Source: Candidatus Latescibacterota bacterium (GTDB lineage: Bacteria > Latescibacterota > UBA2968 > GCA-2709665). From it: a stretch of 64,000 nucleotides of DNA. The notes beneath the pieces were generated by a model, which did no database searches, was not told the DNA's origin, and was given only the letters and a program-made list of their open reading frames with translations. The stretch is taken from the NCBI GenBank assembly GCA_965208835.1, contig OZ242358.1, positions 2,336,001 to 2,400,000 of the forward strand. The letters are read 5' to 3'. Position numbers and translations under genes: made by a program. The stretch's first letter is position 1. Each line of letters starts with the position of its first letter. Positions 1 through 8,098 of this stretch are shown here, in pieces.

Positions 1-315
1 GTCTTCCAGGGTATGGGCGGCGGGCACTTCGGAGTTCACGTGTTTTCCGGCTTCCAGGGCCATCGCCGCCATCGCGCCCTGTTCCCTGCAGCGGACGCAG
101 AGGGCGATGGCGTCCACGTCGCGGTCGGCCAGGATGTCCTCGTACGCCGAATACGCGGTGGCCGGGTTATCAAGCGCGGCGAGCGCCCGTTCGTGCAGTG
201 GCGCGATGGGGTCGCACACGGCCGTGATCCGGTAGCCGCGGAGGCGTTGGAGCAGACGGAGCCAGTGCAGGCCCCTGTGTCCAAGGCCGACGAGGCCAAC
301 GCGAATGTCATCCAT
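1..315 (-). CDS. Gfo/Idh/MocA family oxidoreductase (N-terminal part; runs off the window edge)
   Basis: Not in the ORF track. Manual translation from ATG 315 gives MDDIRVGLVGLGHRGLHW...AVCDP...YEDILADRDVDAIAL...ALEAGKHVNSEVP, a Rossmann GxGxxG motif plus the AGKHVxxE signature. Confidence 0.85.
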   Translation of the reverse strand, partial: MDDIRVGLVGLGHRGLHWLRLLQRLRGYRITAVCDPIAPLHERALAALDNPATAYSAYEDILADRDVDAIALCVRCREQGAMAAMALEAGKHVNSEVPAAHTLED

Positions 316-324
316 TGAATACTT

Positions 325-364
325 CAGAACGAAAGAACGAGACTACGAGACTACGAAAGAACGA
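325..364. repeat. 8-bp degenerate tandem repeat (5 units, N5-CGA)
   Basis: cagaacga/aagaacga/gactacga/gactacga/aagaacga; reverse complement of the unit type at 28811-28930. Confidence 0.75.
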
Positions 365-495
365 GACCACCTTCGCCGGGATCACGGGATCGAACCCGCG
401 TTCGTCTGCGTTGGCTGGATTCAGACGAATATACGGATCTGCGACCGGCAGGCAAGCGCATCTTTTTCGCCGAACCGGCGTCGTTCCGGTTGAAC

Positions 496-1722
496 CTATT
501 CGGGGCGCCGTCCTGGACCGGGATCGGATGCCCTGTGAAAATAGTAGAGTCCGATACCGCAGGCAACCGCACCCAGGGCGAAGACGGCACCGATCGCGAA
601 GGGTAACGGAGTGCCCCAGTCGATGAGTTTTCCGCCGCCCAGGCTCCCGGACAGCATGCCGGCGCTCCATGCAACGTGCGCGCTGCCGACCACGCGACCC
701 TCTTCGCCTTCACGGGCGGTCAGTTGGAGAATACCGGGCATGGTCGTGGAAAGGGACCACGCGAAAACGGAAGCCACGATCCCGAAGATGTACAGTCCCG
801 CGAGCGTGTGCGCCGAAAACGCCAGGCCCACGGCGCTGACGGCCACGATCGAGGACGAGATTAAAACCGGTTTCCAGCGGCCGATACGATCGACCAGCCT
901 GCCCGTGAGCAACTGCGACACGCAGGCGGCGACCAGGCTGATCGCGCTGTACGTGGTAACCGACGTGTTCGTCCCTGAGACCCGAAAGATGAGCAGGGGT
1001 ATGAGCAGCGTCACCGCGCCCCAGTAACTGGTGGGCAGGTACCGGATGGCCAGCAGCAGGCGTACCTCCCGCCGCCGGCAGAGGTCGACAAAGCCAGCCA
1101 GGGAACGCGTGGCCGATCTCTCGTTGTTTTCGCGACGAGGAAGGCTGGGCAACAGGACGAGGGACAGAACGACGATTCCTGCGGCGGTCGCGCAGGCCAG
1201 ATGCCCGAGGCGCTGATATCCCAGGTTGTCCGCAATGGGTCCGGCCAGCAGGTTTCCCGCGGCGCTGCCGAGCGTGCTGCTCAGGAAGTATCCGCCCGCA
1301 GCCATACCCAGGACCCGCGCATGAACCGCGCCCAGAAGATAGCTCTGCCCGCCCGTACTGCTGAAACCGAACGTCATGCCCAAGCCGATACATAAAGCCG
1401 AGAGGAGATAGGGGTCGCCGGTGAGAAAGATCGCGCCCGCCAGCAGCGGTCCGAACTGGCCCAGAATGAGTACCCGTTTGATACCGAAGGCATCGCACAG
1501 CATGCCGGCGGGAACCGAACAGAGTCCCCCCAGCATGAAGAAGAGTCCGCGCAGGCCCGCGGAGAACAGCGGGGACCGGTCAAGGCCGGCTTCCACGTAC
1601 ACCGGAAGGAGTGAGGAATAGAGGGGGGAGGAGACGAAACTGGCAAGGAAGGAAACGACGAGTAGGGCGACGAACCGGCGGTTCAGCAACTCATTGAGGC
1701 CTGAGGAGGATGGTTCGGACAT
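496..1722 (-). CDS. MFS transporter
   Basis: 408 aa with about 12 hydrophobic segments; motif A-like GMLCDAFGIKR and GRLVDRIGRWK. Confidence 0.9.
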   Translation of the reverse strand: MSEPSSSGLNELLNRRFVALLVVSFLASFVSSPLYSSLLPVYVEAGLDRSPLFSAGLRGLFFMLGGLCSVPAGMLCDAFGIKRVLILGQFGPLLAGAIFLTGDPYLLSALCIGLGMTFGFSSTGGQSYLLGAVHARVLGMAAGGYFLSSTLGSAAGNLLAGPIADNLGYQRLGHLACATAAGIVVLSLVLLPSLPRRENNERSATRSLAGFVDLCRRREVRLLLAIRYLPTSYWGAVTLLIPLLIFRVSGTNTSVTTYSAISLVAACVSQLLTGRLVDRIGRWKPVLISSSIVAVSAVGLAFSAHTLAGLYIFGIVASVFAWSLSTTMPGILQLTAREGEEGRVVGSAHVAWSAGMLSGSLGGGKLIDWGTPLPFAIGAVFALGAVACGIGLYYFHRASDPGPGRRPE

Positions 1723-1793
1723 TAATTGAACCGGATTATTGCGATTCGCGTTCGAAAGCGCTGGACAACAAATCGCGGCGAAATCATATTTAG

Positions 1794-1892
1794 CAGTCCG
1801 TTGATAAAGTTGCTCTGCAGGCGAGGCCGCGCAACGCAGTATCTCGACCGCAAGGGCCGGCCGCAGCCCGGATGGGCTTGTTCAATGGGCTG
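1794..1892. mobile_element. MITE-like element with imperfect terminal inverted repeats
   Basis: Left end cagtccgttgataaag versus reverse complement of right end cagcccattgaacaag (12/16 match); no coding capacity. Confidence 0.55.
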
Positions 1893-1917
1893 TCAGGTGT
1901 GAATTTCAGGCCGGCCT

Positions 1918-1946
1918 ATTATGGACGATCGCCGTCGCGTTGTCAA
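1918..1946 (-). promoter_or_regulatory. sigma70-type promoter for the MFS/oxidoreductase genes
   Basis: Minus strand TTGACA-17 nt-CATAAT. Confidence 0.65.
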
Positions 1947-2062
1947 CCCAAAAGCGTTTTCGGCGTCACTGCGGTTGCGGGCCGGCCCCGAAGCGGCGCA
2001 GGTCGTCTAAGTGCCGAAACGCGCGTGTCGGGTCGGCGGCAGGGGGTGCAAAGAGGTCCTGT

Positions 2063-2593
2063 ATGGAGAAAAGAGAAAAAAAGGTGGTACAGGGCTGGAC
2101 CGGCAGGTTTTATGAGGACTTCGCCGTGGGCGATGTCTATCGGAGCCGGTTCGGGAGAACGGTGACGGAGGCCGACAACCAGTTGTTTACGCACCTGACG
2201 CTGAATACCAATCCGCTTCACTTTGACGAGGCGTATGCCCGCGGCACGCGTTGGGGAAAGATCCTGGTGAACAGCACGTTTACGCTGGCGCTGGTGGTTG
2301 GCATGAGCGTGCCCGACGTAAGTGAGCGGGCGATGGCGAATCTGGGGTGGAGCGAAGTCCGGATTCCCAATCCGGTTTTCGTGGGAGATACGCTCTATTG
2401 CGAGACGGAGGTGCTCGCCAGGCGCGCGTCGAAGTCGTTTCCGGAAGCGGGCATTGTAAGGGTGCGGACCCGGGGAGTCAATCAGGACGGGCGCGTCGTG
2501 ATCGACCTGACGCGCAGTGTAATGATCTACAAGAGGGCGCACGCGCCGCCCGGAATAAACTTTCCCGAGATTCGCGAGGAGAAGGACGGGTGA
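2063..2593 (+). CDS. MaoC family (R-specific enoyl-CoA) dehydratase
   Basis: GRFYEDFAVGD...GRTVTEADN...LTLNTNPLHFD hot-dog-fold motif; start moved to ATG 2063. Confidence 0.9.
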   Translation: MEKREKKVVQGWTGRFYEDFAVGDVYRSRFGRTVTEADNQLFTHLTLNTNPLHFDEAYARGTRWGKILVNSTFTLALVVGMSVPDVSERAMANLGWSEVRIPNPVFVGDTLYCETEVLARRASKSFPEAGIVRVRTRGVNQDGRVVIDLTRSVMIYKRAHAPPGINFPEIREEKDG

Positions 2594-3447
2594 ACGCGAT
2601 GCGGTCCTGGCTGTTTGTGCCGGGGCACCGGCAGCGGATGATCGAAAAGGCATTCGGTCTGTCGCCGGATGTCGTCATCCTGGATCTGGAAGACGGCGTC
2701 CCGCCGCGCAGTAAGGACGACGCGCGCGGGACGGTGGCTGCCGCGCTGGGGCGCGTCCCGGAAGGAGTGACTCCGTTCGTGAGGGTTCACGCGGCAGGGT
2801 CCCCGGAGTTGCGCGCTGATCTGCGGGCGCTCTCCGGAGCGGGTCTGCAGGGCCTCGTGTTGCCCAAGGTACAGGGTCCTGATGATGTGCTTGAAATGCA
2901 CCGGTGGCTCGACGAACACGAAACATCGGTAGATTTACCGTCCGGCACCCTCAGGCTGCAGGCGACAATTGAGAGCTCCGGGGGTCTGGTCCAGGCTCCG
3001 GCGATTGCAACCGCCACCCCCCGGCTGGCGGGGCTCATGTTCGGCGCGGAGGACTTCGCGCTCGATATGGGCCTTTTTTCGCAGCCGGGTCAGGGTCTGC
3101 TCGACTACGCCCGGTCGGCGCTGGCTGTCGCCGCGGCAAGCGGACGAATAACGGCCATAGACAAGGTCTTTACCGACGTCCGTGATTCTGACGGACTGGC
3201 CCTGGAAGCGCGGCGGGCCAGAAACCTCGGATTTTCCGGGAAAGCCGTGATCCACCCGGACCAGGTCAGCGCGGTGAATGAGATTTTCAGCCCCACGGGA
3301 GACGAGGTAACGCGGGCGAGGAGGATCGTCACGGCCTTCGGTTGCCAAACGGAAGGCGCCGCGGTCGTGGACGGCCGGATGGTCGACAGACCGGTCCTGG
3401 AACAGGCTCGAAGGATTCTGGACCGGCTCGGGGACGAACCTGCTTGA
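2590..3447 (+). CDS. CitE/HpcH family CoA-ester lyase (citryl/citramalyl/malyl-CoA lyase-like)
   Basis: RSWLFVPG, ILDLEDGV, LPKV, FGAEDF, GKAVIHPDQ, VDGRMVDRP; GTG start overlaps the upstream stop (GTGA). Confidence 0.9.
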   Translation: MNAMRSWLFVPGHRQRMIEKAFGLSPDVVILDLEDGVPPRSKDDARGTVAAALGRVPEGVTPFVRVHAAGSPELRADLRALSGAGLQGLVLPKVQGPDDVLEMHRWLDEHETSVDLPSGTLRLQATIESSGGLVQAPAIATATPRLAGLMFGAEDFALDMGLFSQPGQGLLDYARSALAVAAASGRITAIDKVFTDVRDSDGLALEARRARNLGFSGKAVIHPDQVSAVNEIFSPTGDEVTRARRIVTAFGCQTEGAAVVDGRMVDRPVLEQARRILDRLGDEPA

Positions 3448-3518
3448 GCCGGAGCGGTTTTTTGGTTTCTTTCGCGTGAGGTTCAATTTCAAGTAGCTTC
3501 CACGGGCATGAGGGTCAC

Positions 3519-4724
3519 TTGCAGGAAAGACACCAGCACCCGCCGTTGAGCGGCATCAGGATTGTCTCGGTGGAGCAGTTCGGCGCCGGTCCGTGGGGGA
3601 CGATGATGCTCGCGGACCTGGGGGCGGAGATCATCAAGGTCGAAAACCCCGGGACGCGCGGCGATGTCGCGCGTTATGTGCCTCCGTATACCGCTGATCG
3701 CGACAGCCTGTATTTTCAAAGCTTCAATCGGAACAAGAAGAGCATAACGTTGAATTTACAACATCCGGAATCCAGGGAGGTACTGCATCGGCTGGTGAGG
3801 GTTTCGGACGGCGTTTTCAACAACCTGCGCGGGGACCTTCCCGCCCGGCTGGGCCTGGACTATCCGTCCCTGAGCGAGGTCAAGGCTTCGATCGTGTGCT
3901 GCTCGCTTTCGGCATTCGGGCGCAGCGGGTCTCGCGCGGACGAGCCGGGTTACGACTATCTGATGCAGGGCTATGCCGGCTGGATGAGCCTTACTGGAGA
4001 ACCGGACGGCCCGCCGACGAAAACAGGACTCTCCCTCGTGGACCTCGGCGCCGGCGCGATGGCGTCGCTGGGCATGGCCAGCGCAATCTTCCGCGCCAGG
4101 CAGACGGGGCTGGGTTGCGACGTGGACGTGAATCTGTTCGATACGGCGCTTGCGCATCTGGGATATGTCGGTGCGTGGCACCTGACCAGGGGCTATGAGG
4201 CGGAACGGACGCCCGATTCTTCCCATCCGTCGCAGATTCCGTCGCAGGTGGTGCCGACAAAAGACGGTTGGCTAGTGGTGATGTGCGCGAAGGAGAAGTT
4301 CTTCCGAAATCTCGTTTGCGTTCTCGGTGCGCCGGAACTGGCGGAGGACTCCCGGTTTCGCTCCTTTGAGGATCGCCTGGAAAACCGGGACACGCTGGTT
4401 CCGATTCTCAAGAACCGCTTCCGCGGGAAGACGACCGCCGACTGGCTTGCGCTGCTCAAGGGCAAGGTGCCCTGTGCGCCGGTGAACACCGTTGCGCAGG
4501 CCTTCGCCGACCCGCACGTGGCGGAGCACGACATGATTCTGGAGCTGCCGCATCCGGAGTTCGGCGCCGCCAGGGTCGTGGCAAGTCCTATAAAGGTCGA
4601 CGGCCCGTCGGTCGAACCCCGGCGCGGACCCTCGCTGGGAGAACACAACGAGCGGGTCCTGGGCGACTATCTGGGCTATTCGACCTCGGAGATCGAGAAA
4701 CTCCGCGGCGATGGCGCCATCTGA
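3519..4724 (+). CDS. Family III CoA-transferase (CaiB/BaiF)
   Basis: PLSGIRIV, AGPWGTMMLADLGAEIIKVE, NRNKKSITLNL, GYDYLMQG, PSLGEHN. Confidence 0.92.
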   Translation: MQERHQHPPLSGIRIVSVEQFGAGPWGTMMLADLGAEIIKVENPGTRGDVARYVPPYTADRDSLYFQSFNRNKKSITLNLQHPESREVLHRLVRVSDGVFNNLRGDLPARLGLDYPSLSEVKASIVCCSLSAFGRSGSRADEPGYDYLMQGYAGWMSLTGEPDGPPTKTGLSLVDLGAGAMASLGMASAIFRARQTGLGCDVDVNLFDTALAHLGYVGAWHLTRGYEAERTPDSSHPSQIPSQVVPTKDGWLVVMCAKEKFFRNLVCVLGAPELAEDSRFRSFEDRLENRDTLVPILKNRFRGKTTADWLALLKGKVPCAPVNTVAQAFADPHVAEHDMILELPHPEFGAARVVASPIKVDGPSVEPRRGPSLGEHNERVLGDYLGYSTSEIEKLRGDGAI

Positions 4725-4765
4725 GTCGTCGCATCCGGGACATCTCTCCCCGCCCGACCCACCAC

Positions 4766-5030
4766 CTGGTGAGAGGGGAGACGTTAGACGGGAGAGGGGG
4801 AGAAAACCGGGTAGACGGGAGACGCAAGACGGGAGAGATTTCCTGCCTTGTGAGGGTTCTTTTCGGGCCGAAGGCGAGAAGTTGCGAAATATCGGGCAAG
4901 GACTTCATCTACCGTCTTCCCTCTAACGTCTCCCCGCATTTCTTCTACCGTCTACCGGCTCCCGTCTCACCGCCTTTTGTCTTCCCTCTACCCGCATTCA
5001 GGCTTTTTGCTGCCAAAACTACGGTTATCC
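4766..5030. repeat. Intergenic palindromic repeat, copy 1 (AGACGGG/CCGTCT arms)
   Basis: Shares ctggtgaga, gttagacgggagaggggg, gagagatttcctgccttgtgagg, cgggcaaggacttc and cccgcattcaggctttttg with 10144-10305. Confidence 0.8.
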
Positions 5031-5064
5031 TTTATAGAAATGAGGCTAAAAGAATGGAGACCCC

Positions 5065-5910
5065 ATGGGCAATACGTTGACGCTTCCGGCGCACTATTAC
5101 CGCCAGCACGACGCGGACCTGGACGCCGACATTCCGGGACGCGGCTACGCGGGCTGGACCTCGCGAATGCTCGACGTGCCGCTTGAAAGGACGGCGCTGG
5201 TGAGCATGCACGCGTGGAATCCGGGTCTGGTGGACGCAATCCCTCCCGGCCCGGGGTCGCCGTACGACGGCTGGTTCCGTATGGTGGAATACCTGCCGAG
5301 GGCGATGAAGATCTCGCAGGACGTCTTTCCCCCGCTTCTGCAGGCGGCAAGGCAGGCCGGACTTTCCGTCATCCACGTCGCATCGAGCGAGAGCTATACC
5401 GCGTCGTACGACGAATACCAGCGTATCAAAGGGATGGCCGGGGAGGAGCCGCAGGCGGCGTGTGGCGCGGTGGAAGACCCGCTGAAGAAGCAGTGGCAGG
5501 CGGAACGGGGCAGGCAGATGACCGGCGCGCACAACCAGCCGGACATTTCGGCGGGGTTCAAACACATCGACTTTGCGCCCCAGGCGATTCCGGTAGCCGG
5601 CGAGCCGGTGGTGATCAATACCCATCAACTGAATGCGGTCTGCCGTGAGCGGGAAATCTGGCACCTGATCTATATCGGGTTTGCCGTCAACTGGTGTCTT
5701 CTCGCCAGCCCCGGTGGCATGGTCGATATGGGAAGGCTGGGGTACGTGTGCTCGACCATCCGGCAGGCGACAACGGCCGTTGAGAACGGGGAGAGTTGTA
5801 CCGAGGAATGGGCAAAGGAGATTGCGCTGTGGCGGGTCTCGCTGATGTTTGGCTACGTGTTCGACGTCGATCCGGTGATGGACGCGCTCAGTCAACTATC
5901 GGATGGGTGA
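5065..5910 (+). CDS. Isochorismatase-like (cysteine hydrolase) family protein
   Basis: ERTALVSMHAWN, ARQAGLSVIHV and LIYIGFAVNWCL resemble the isochorismatase fold; RBS ggag upstream. Confidence 0.6.
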   Translation: MGNTLTLPAHYYRQHDADLDADIPGRGYAGWTSRMLDVPLERTALVSMHAWNPGLVDAIPPGPGSPYDGWFRMVEYLPRAMKISQDVFPPLLQAARQAGLSVIHVASSESYTASYDEYQRIKGMAGEEPQAACGAVEDPLKKQWQAERGRQMTGAHNQPDISAGFKHIDFAPQAIPVAGEPVVINTHQLNAVCREREIWHLIYIGFAVNWCLLASPGGMVDMGRLGYVCSTIRQATTAVENGESCTEEWAKEIALWRVSLMFGYVFDVDPVMDALSQLSDG

Positions 5911-5947
5911 CGGCTGGTTCGGCAGCCGATAAGCAGGGTGAAGCGGT

Positions 5948-6610
5948 CTACAGCGCCGTAACGAGCGCGATGGCCCCCACGACGAGCAGGGAGACCGCCC
6001 AGATCAGATCGAAGTTGATCCAGTTTCGCCGCAGCACGGCCAGCCCCAGTTTGCGGTAAACGACCCACGCGACGGCGCCCATCACGAGCCACATGGCGAA
6101 CGTATGGACGCCAACGGCCAGAACGACGTTGGCGGGCGGGTTTGCAACCGGCGCGCCATGGCCGTGGCCGGCGGTCGCCACACCCAGAAGGGCGGGAACG
6201 ACCATCAGTCCGGCGCCGTGTGCGGTGGCCATCAGAAACGACCAGGAGAAGAGGTCTCCGGGCCCTACCTTCATGCCCACCCAGCGTGGATGCCGGTAAT
6301 AGTTGAACAGCTTGTAGACCCCGAAGGCGATCAGCAGGAGGGCGGTTATCCACTGCACGGCGGACAGGGAAATGAAGTGGAGGCCCGCCAGCACGCAGGC
6401 GGCCACGAGGGCGACCGAGGCGGCGTGGCCGGCCGCGATGGGAAAGAGCGCGATCCAGACGGCGCGTCCGCTGTTCTGCTGGAGCCCCAGGGACAGGGCG
6501 AACAGCCAGCCCATGCCGGGATTCAGTCCGTGAAAGGCGCCGAAGCCGATCATCGCCAGCCACGGACCCAGCCAGTCAGGAAGGGTAGCAGAAAGAGTCG
6601 GTAGAGGCAT
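5948..6610 (-). CDS. His-motif membrane protein coupled to the SBP56 gene
   Basis: About 6 TM segments with GAFHGLNPGMGW, AAGHAAS, ATAHGAG and GVHT; RBS gaaggagg; overlaps the 3' end of the SBP56 gene. Confidence 0.75.
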   Translation of the reverse strand: MPLPTLSATLPDWLGPWLAMIGFGAFHGLNPGMGWLFALSLGLQQNSGRAVWIALFPIAAGHAASVALVAACVLAGLHFISLSAVQWITALLLIAFGVYKLFNYYRHPRWVGMKVGPGDLFSWSFLMATAHGAGLMVVPALLGVATAGHGHGAPVANPPANVVLAVGVHTFAMWLVMGAVAWVVYRKLGLAVLRRNWINFDLIWAVSLLVVGAIALVTAL

Positions 6611-7973
6611 CTCCTCCTTCCAATCTGACCTGGTGGACGCGCGTTTCGCCGAAGTCGATGAAGAAATCGGGATCAAGTTCGAGCCCTCCGTCCTTATCGG
6701 CGTTGGCTTTCGTCATCCACCCGTCCATTCCGGACGGATAGAACTGGTCGTCCCAGGCGCTGTAGAGCGAATTGGTAAAGTAGATCCTCCGGCCGTCGCG
6801 GCTGATTTCCACCATCTGCGGGCCACCCGACAACGAGCCGTCACGCTTCGCGTGCGGCTTTTTGTTTACAATACCCCCGATTTCCACCTTGCCGGTCAAT
6901 ACCGGTTCGAACGGATCGGAAACGTCGTACTGATGCAGTTCGCCCAGGCCCCAGCATGAAACGTAGAGAAACCTGTCGTCCAGCGAGAGGTCGATATCGG
7001 TGACCAGGGGCGGTACGGCTTCGAATGCTTTCAACATCGGCGGCAGGTCGGCCGCACTGGCCGGCACGGCCGGAATTGAGATCGCCTTCCGCATTCGCCA
7101 GGCGTCGTTTTCGCGGAACCAGGTCCAGATGGACGCGGACAGGTCTGCCGTGCTCACGACCACGCCTGCGAATCCGTAGGTCTTCCGCGGATCGTGAGCC
7201 GGGCGCAGTTCCAGGAGCATCTGATTCTCGGGGCCGATGTCGACTGTCTGATCGAGCCGGCGCCTTCTGAGGTCCCAGAAGTGGAGCCGGTGGCCGTACC
7301 GGTTCGCGAGCAGGTCCTCGGGCACCACCCCGTTCTCGAATTGCTCCGGCTTTCCCCACTCGCTGCTCATCATGACGTCTTCCGCCAGGTGCCACCAGAA
7401 GTCGTACGCCAGCTCCTGCGATCCGCGATGGATTTCCCACGGACCGATGACGTCGAAGCTGAAGTGGTCGAGCAGGAAGATCCCCCCCGGTCCGTCCGAT
7501 CCATTGGCCGGCCCCAGGGCGCTGACGTAGATCGCGTCGGGACCGCAGTGTACGGTGTGGGGCCTGCTGTAGCCCGACCTGGCCATGAGCTCCTCGGGCT
7601 CTATGATCTTGACGATATGGGGCCTGGTGGGGTCCGGTCTGGTGTCCACGATGTATATGCGTGACGTGCGCAGGGCGGGCAGGATCAGGTAGCGGCGTTC
7701 AAGATGGGGATGGGGAGCATAGGGGCACAGGGCCGAGCTGCAGGCATTCCAGCCGAAGTGGTGAAGTTCGTCCCCGTTATACGGCATCTGAAGGGAATAA
7801 ACGGTTTGACCGTACGTGGGAGATTCTGCATCCAGATCCACCACGCACAGCGCGTCGGGTCGATCGTTCCCGCCGGGATTGAGAGCGGATACGTAACCGT
7901 ATCGTTCAGGCGGAGCCTGCATGGCCATCCTGGGGGATGGGTAGAACGATGGATCGGGTTTCCATAGTGGCAT
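6576..7973 (-). CDS. Selenium-binding protein SBP56 family (methanethiol oxidase / SELENBP1-like)
   Basis: DELHHFGWNACSS, PHTVHC, YDFWW, SSEWG, TDIDLSLDDRFLYVSCW, GGPQMVEISRDG, SLYSAWDDQFYP, GGDASTD; start ATG 7973. Confidence 0.92.
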   Translation of the reverse strand: MPLWKPDPSFYPSPRMAMQAPPERYGYVSALNPGGNDRPDALCVVDLDAESPTYGQTVYSLQMPYNGDELHHFGWNACSSALCPYAPHPHLERRYLILPALRTSRIYIVDTRPDPTRPHIVKIIEPEELMARSGYSRPHTVHCGPDAIYVSALGPANGSDGPGGIFLLDHFSFDVIGPWEIHRGSQELAYDFWWHLAEDVMMSSEWGKPEQFENGVVPEDLLANRYGHRLHFWDLRRRRLDQTVDIGPENQMLLELRPAHDPRKTYGFAGVVVSTADLSASIWTWFRENDAWRMRKAISIPAVPASAADLPPMLKAFEAVPPLVTDIDLSLDDRFLYVSCWGLGELHQYDVSDPFEPVLTGKVEIGGIVNKKPHAKRDGSLSGGPQMVEISRDGRRIYFTNSLYSAWDDQFYPSGMDGWMTKANADKDGGLELDPDFFIDFGETRVHQVRLEGGDASTDSFCYPS

Positions 7974-8098
7974 CGTCGCACGTTCCTTCCAATGGGAGAT
8001 GGAGGAGGTTCGCGGTGGCGAGTACACCGGGGGCGTGCGACAACGCACGGGCTCCGGTGTACCGGGTCATAATCGGACTGCAGTCGGGAGCGGAGATG

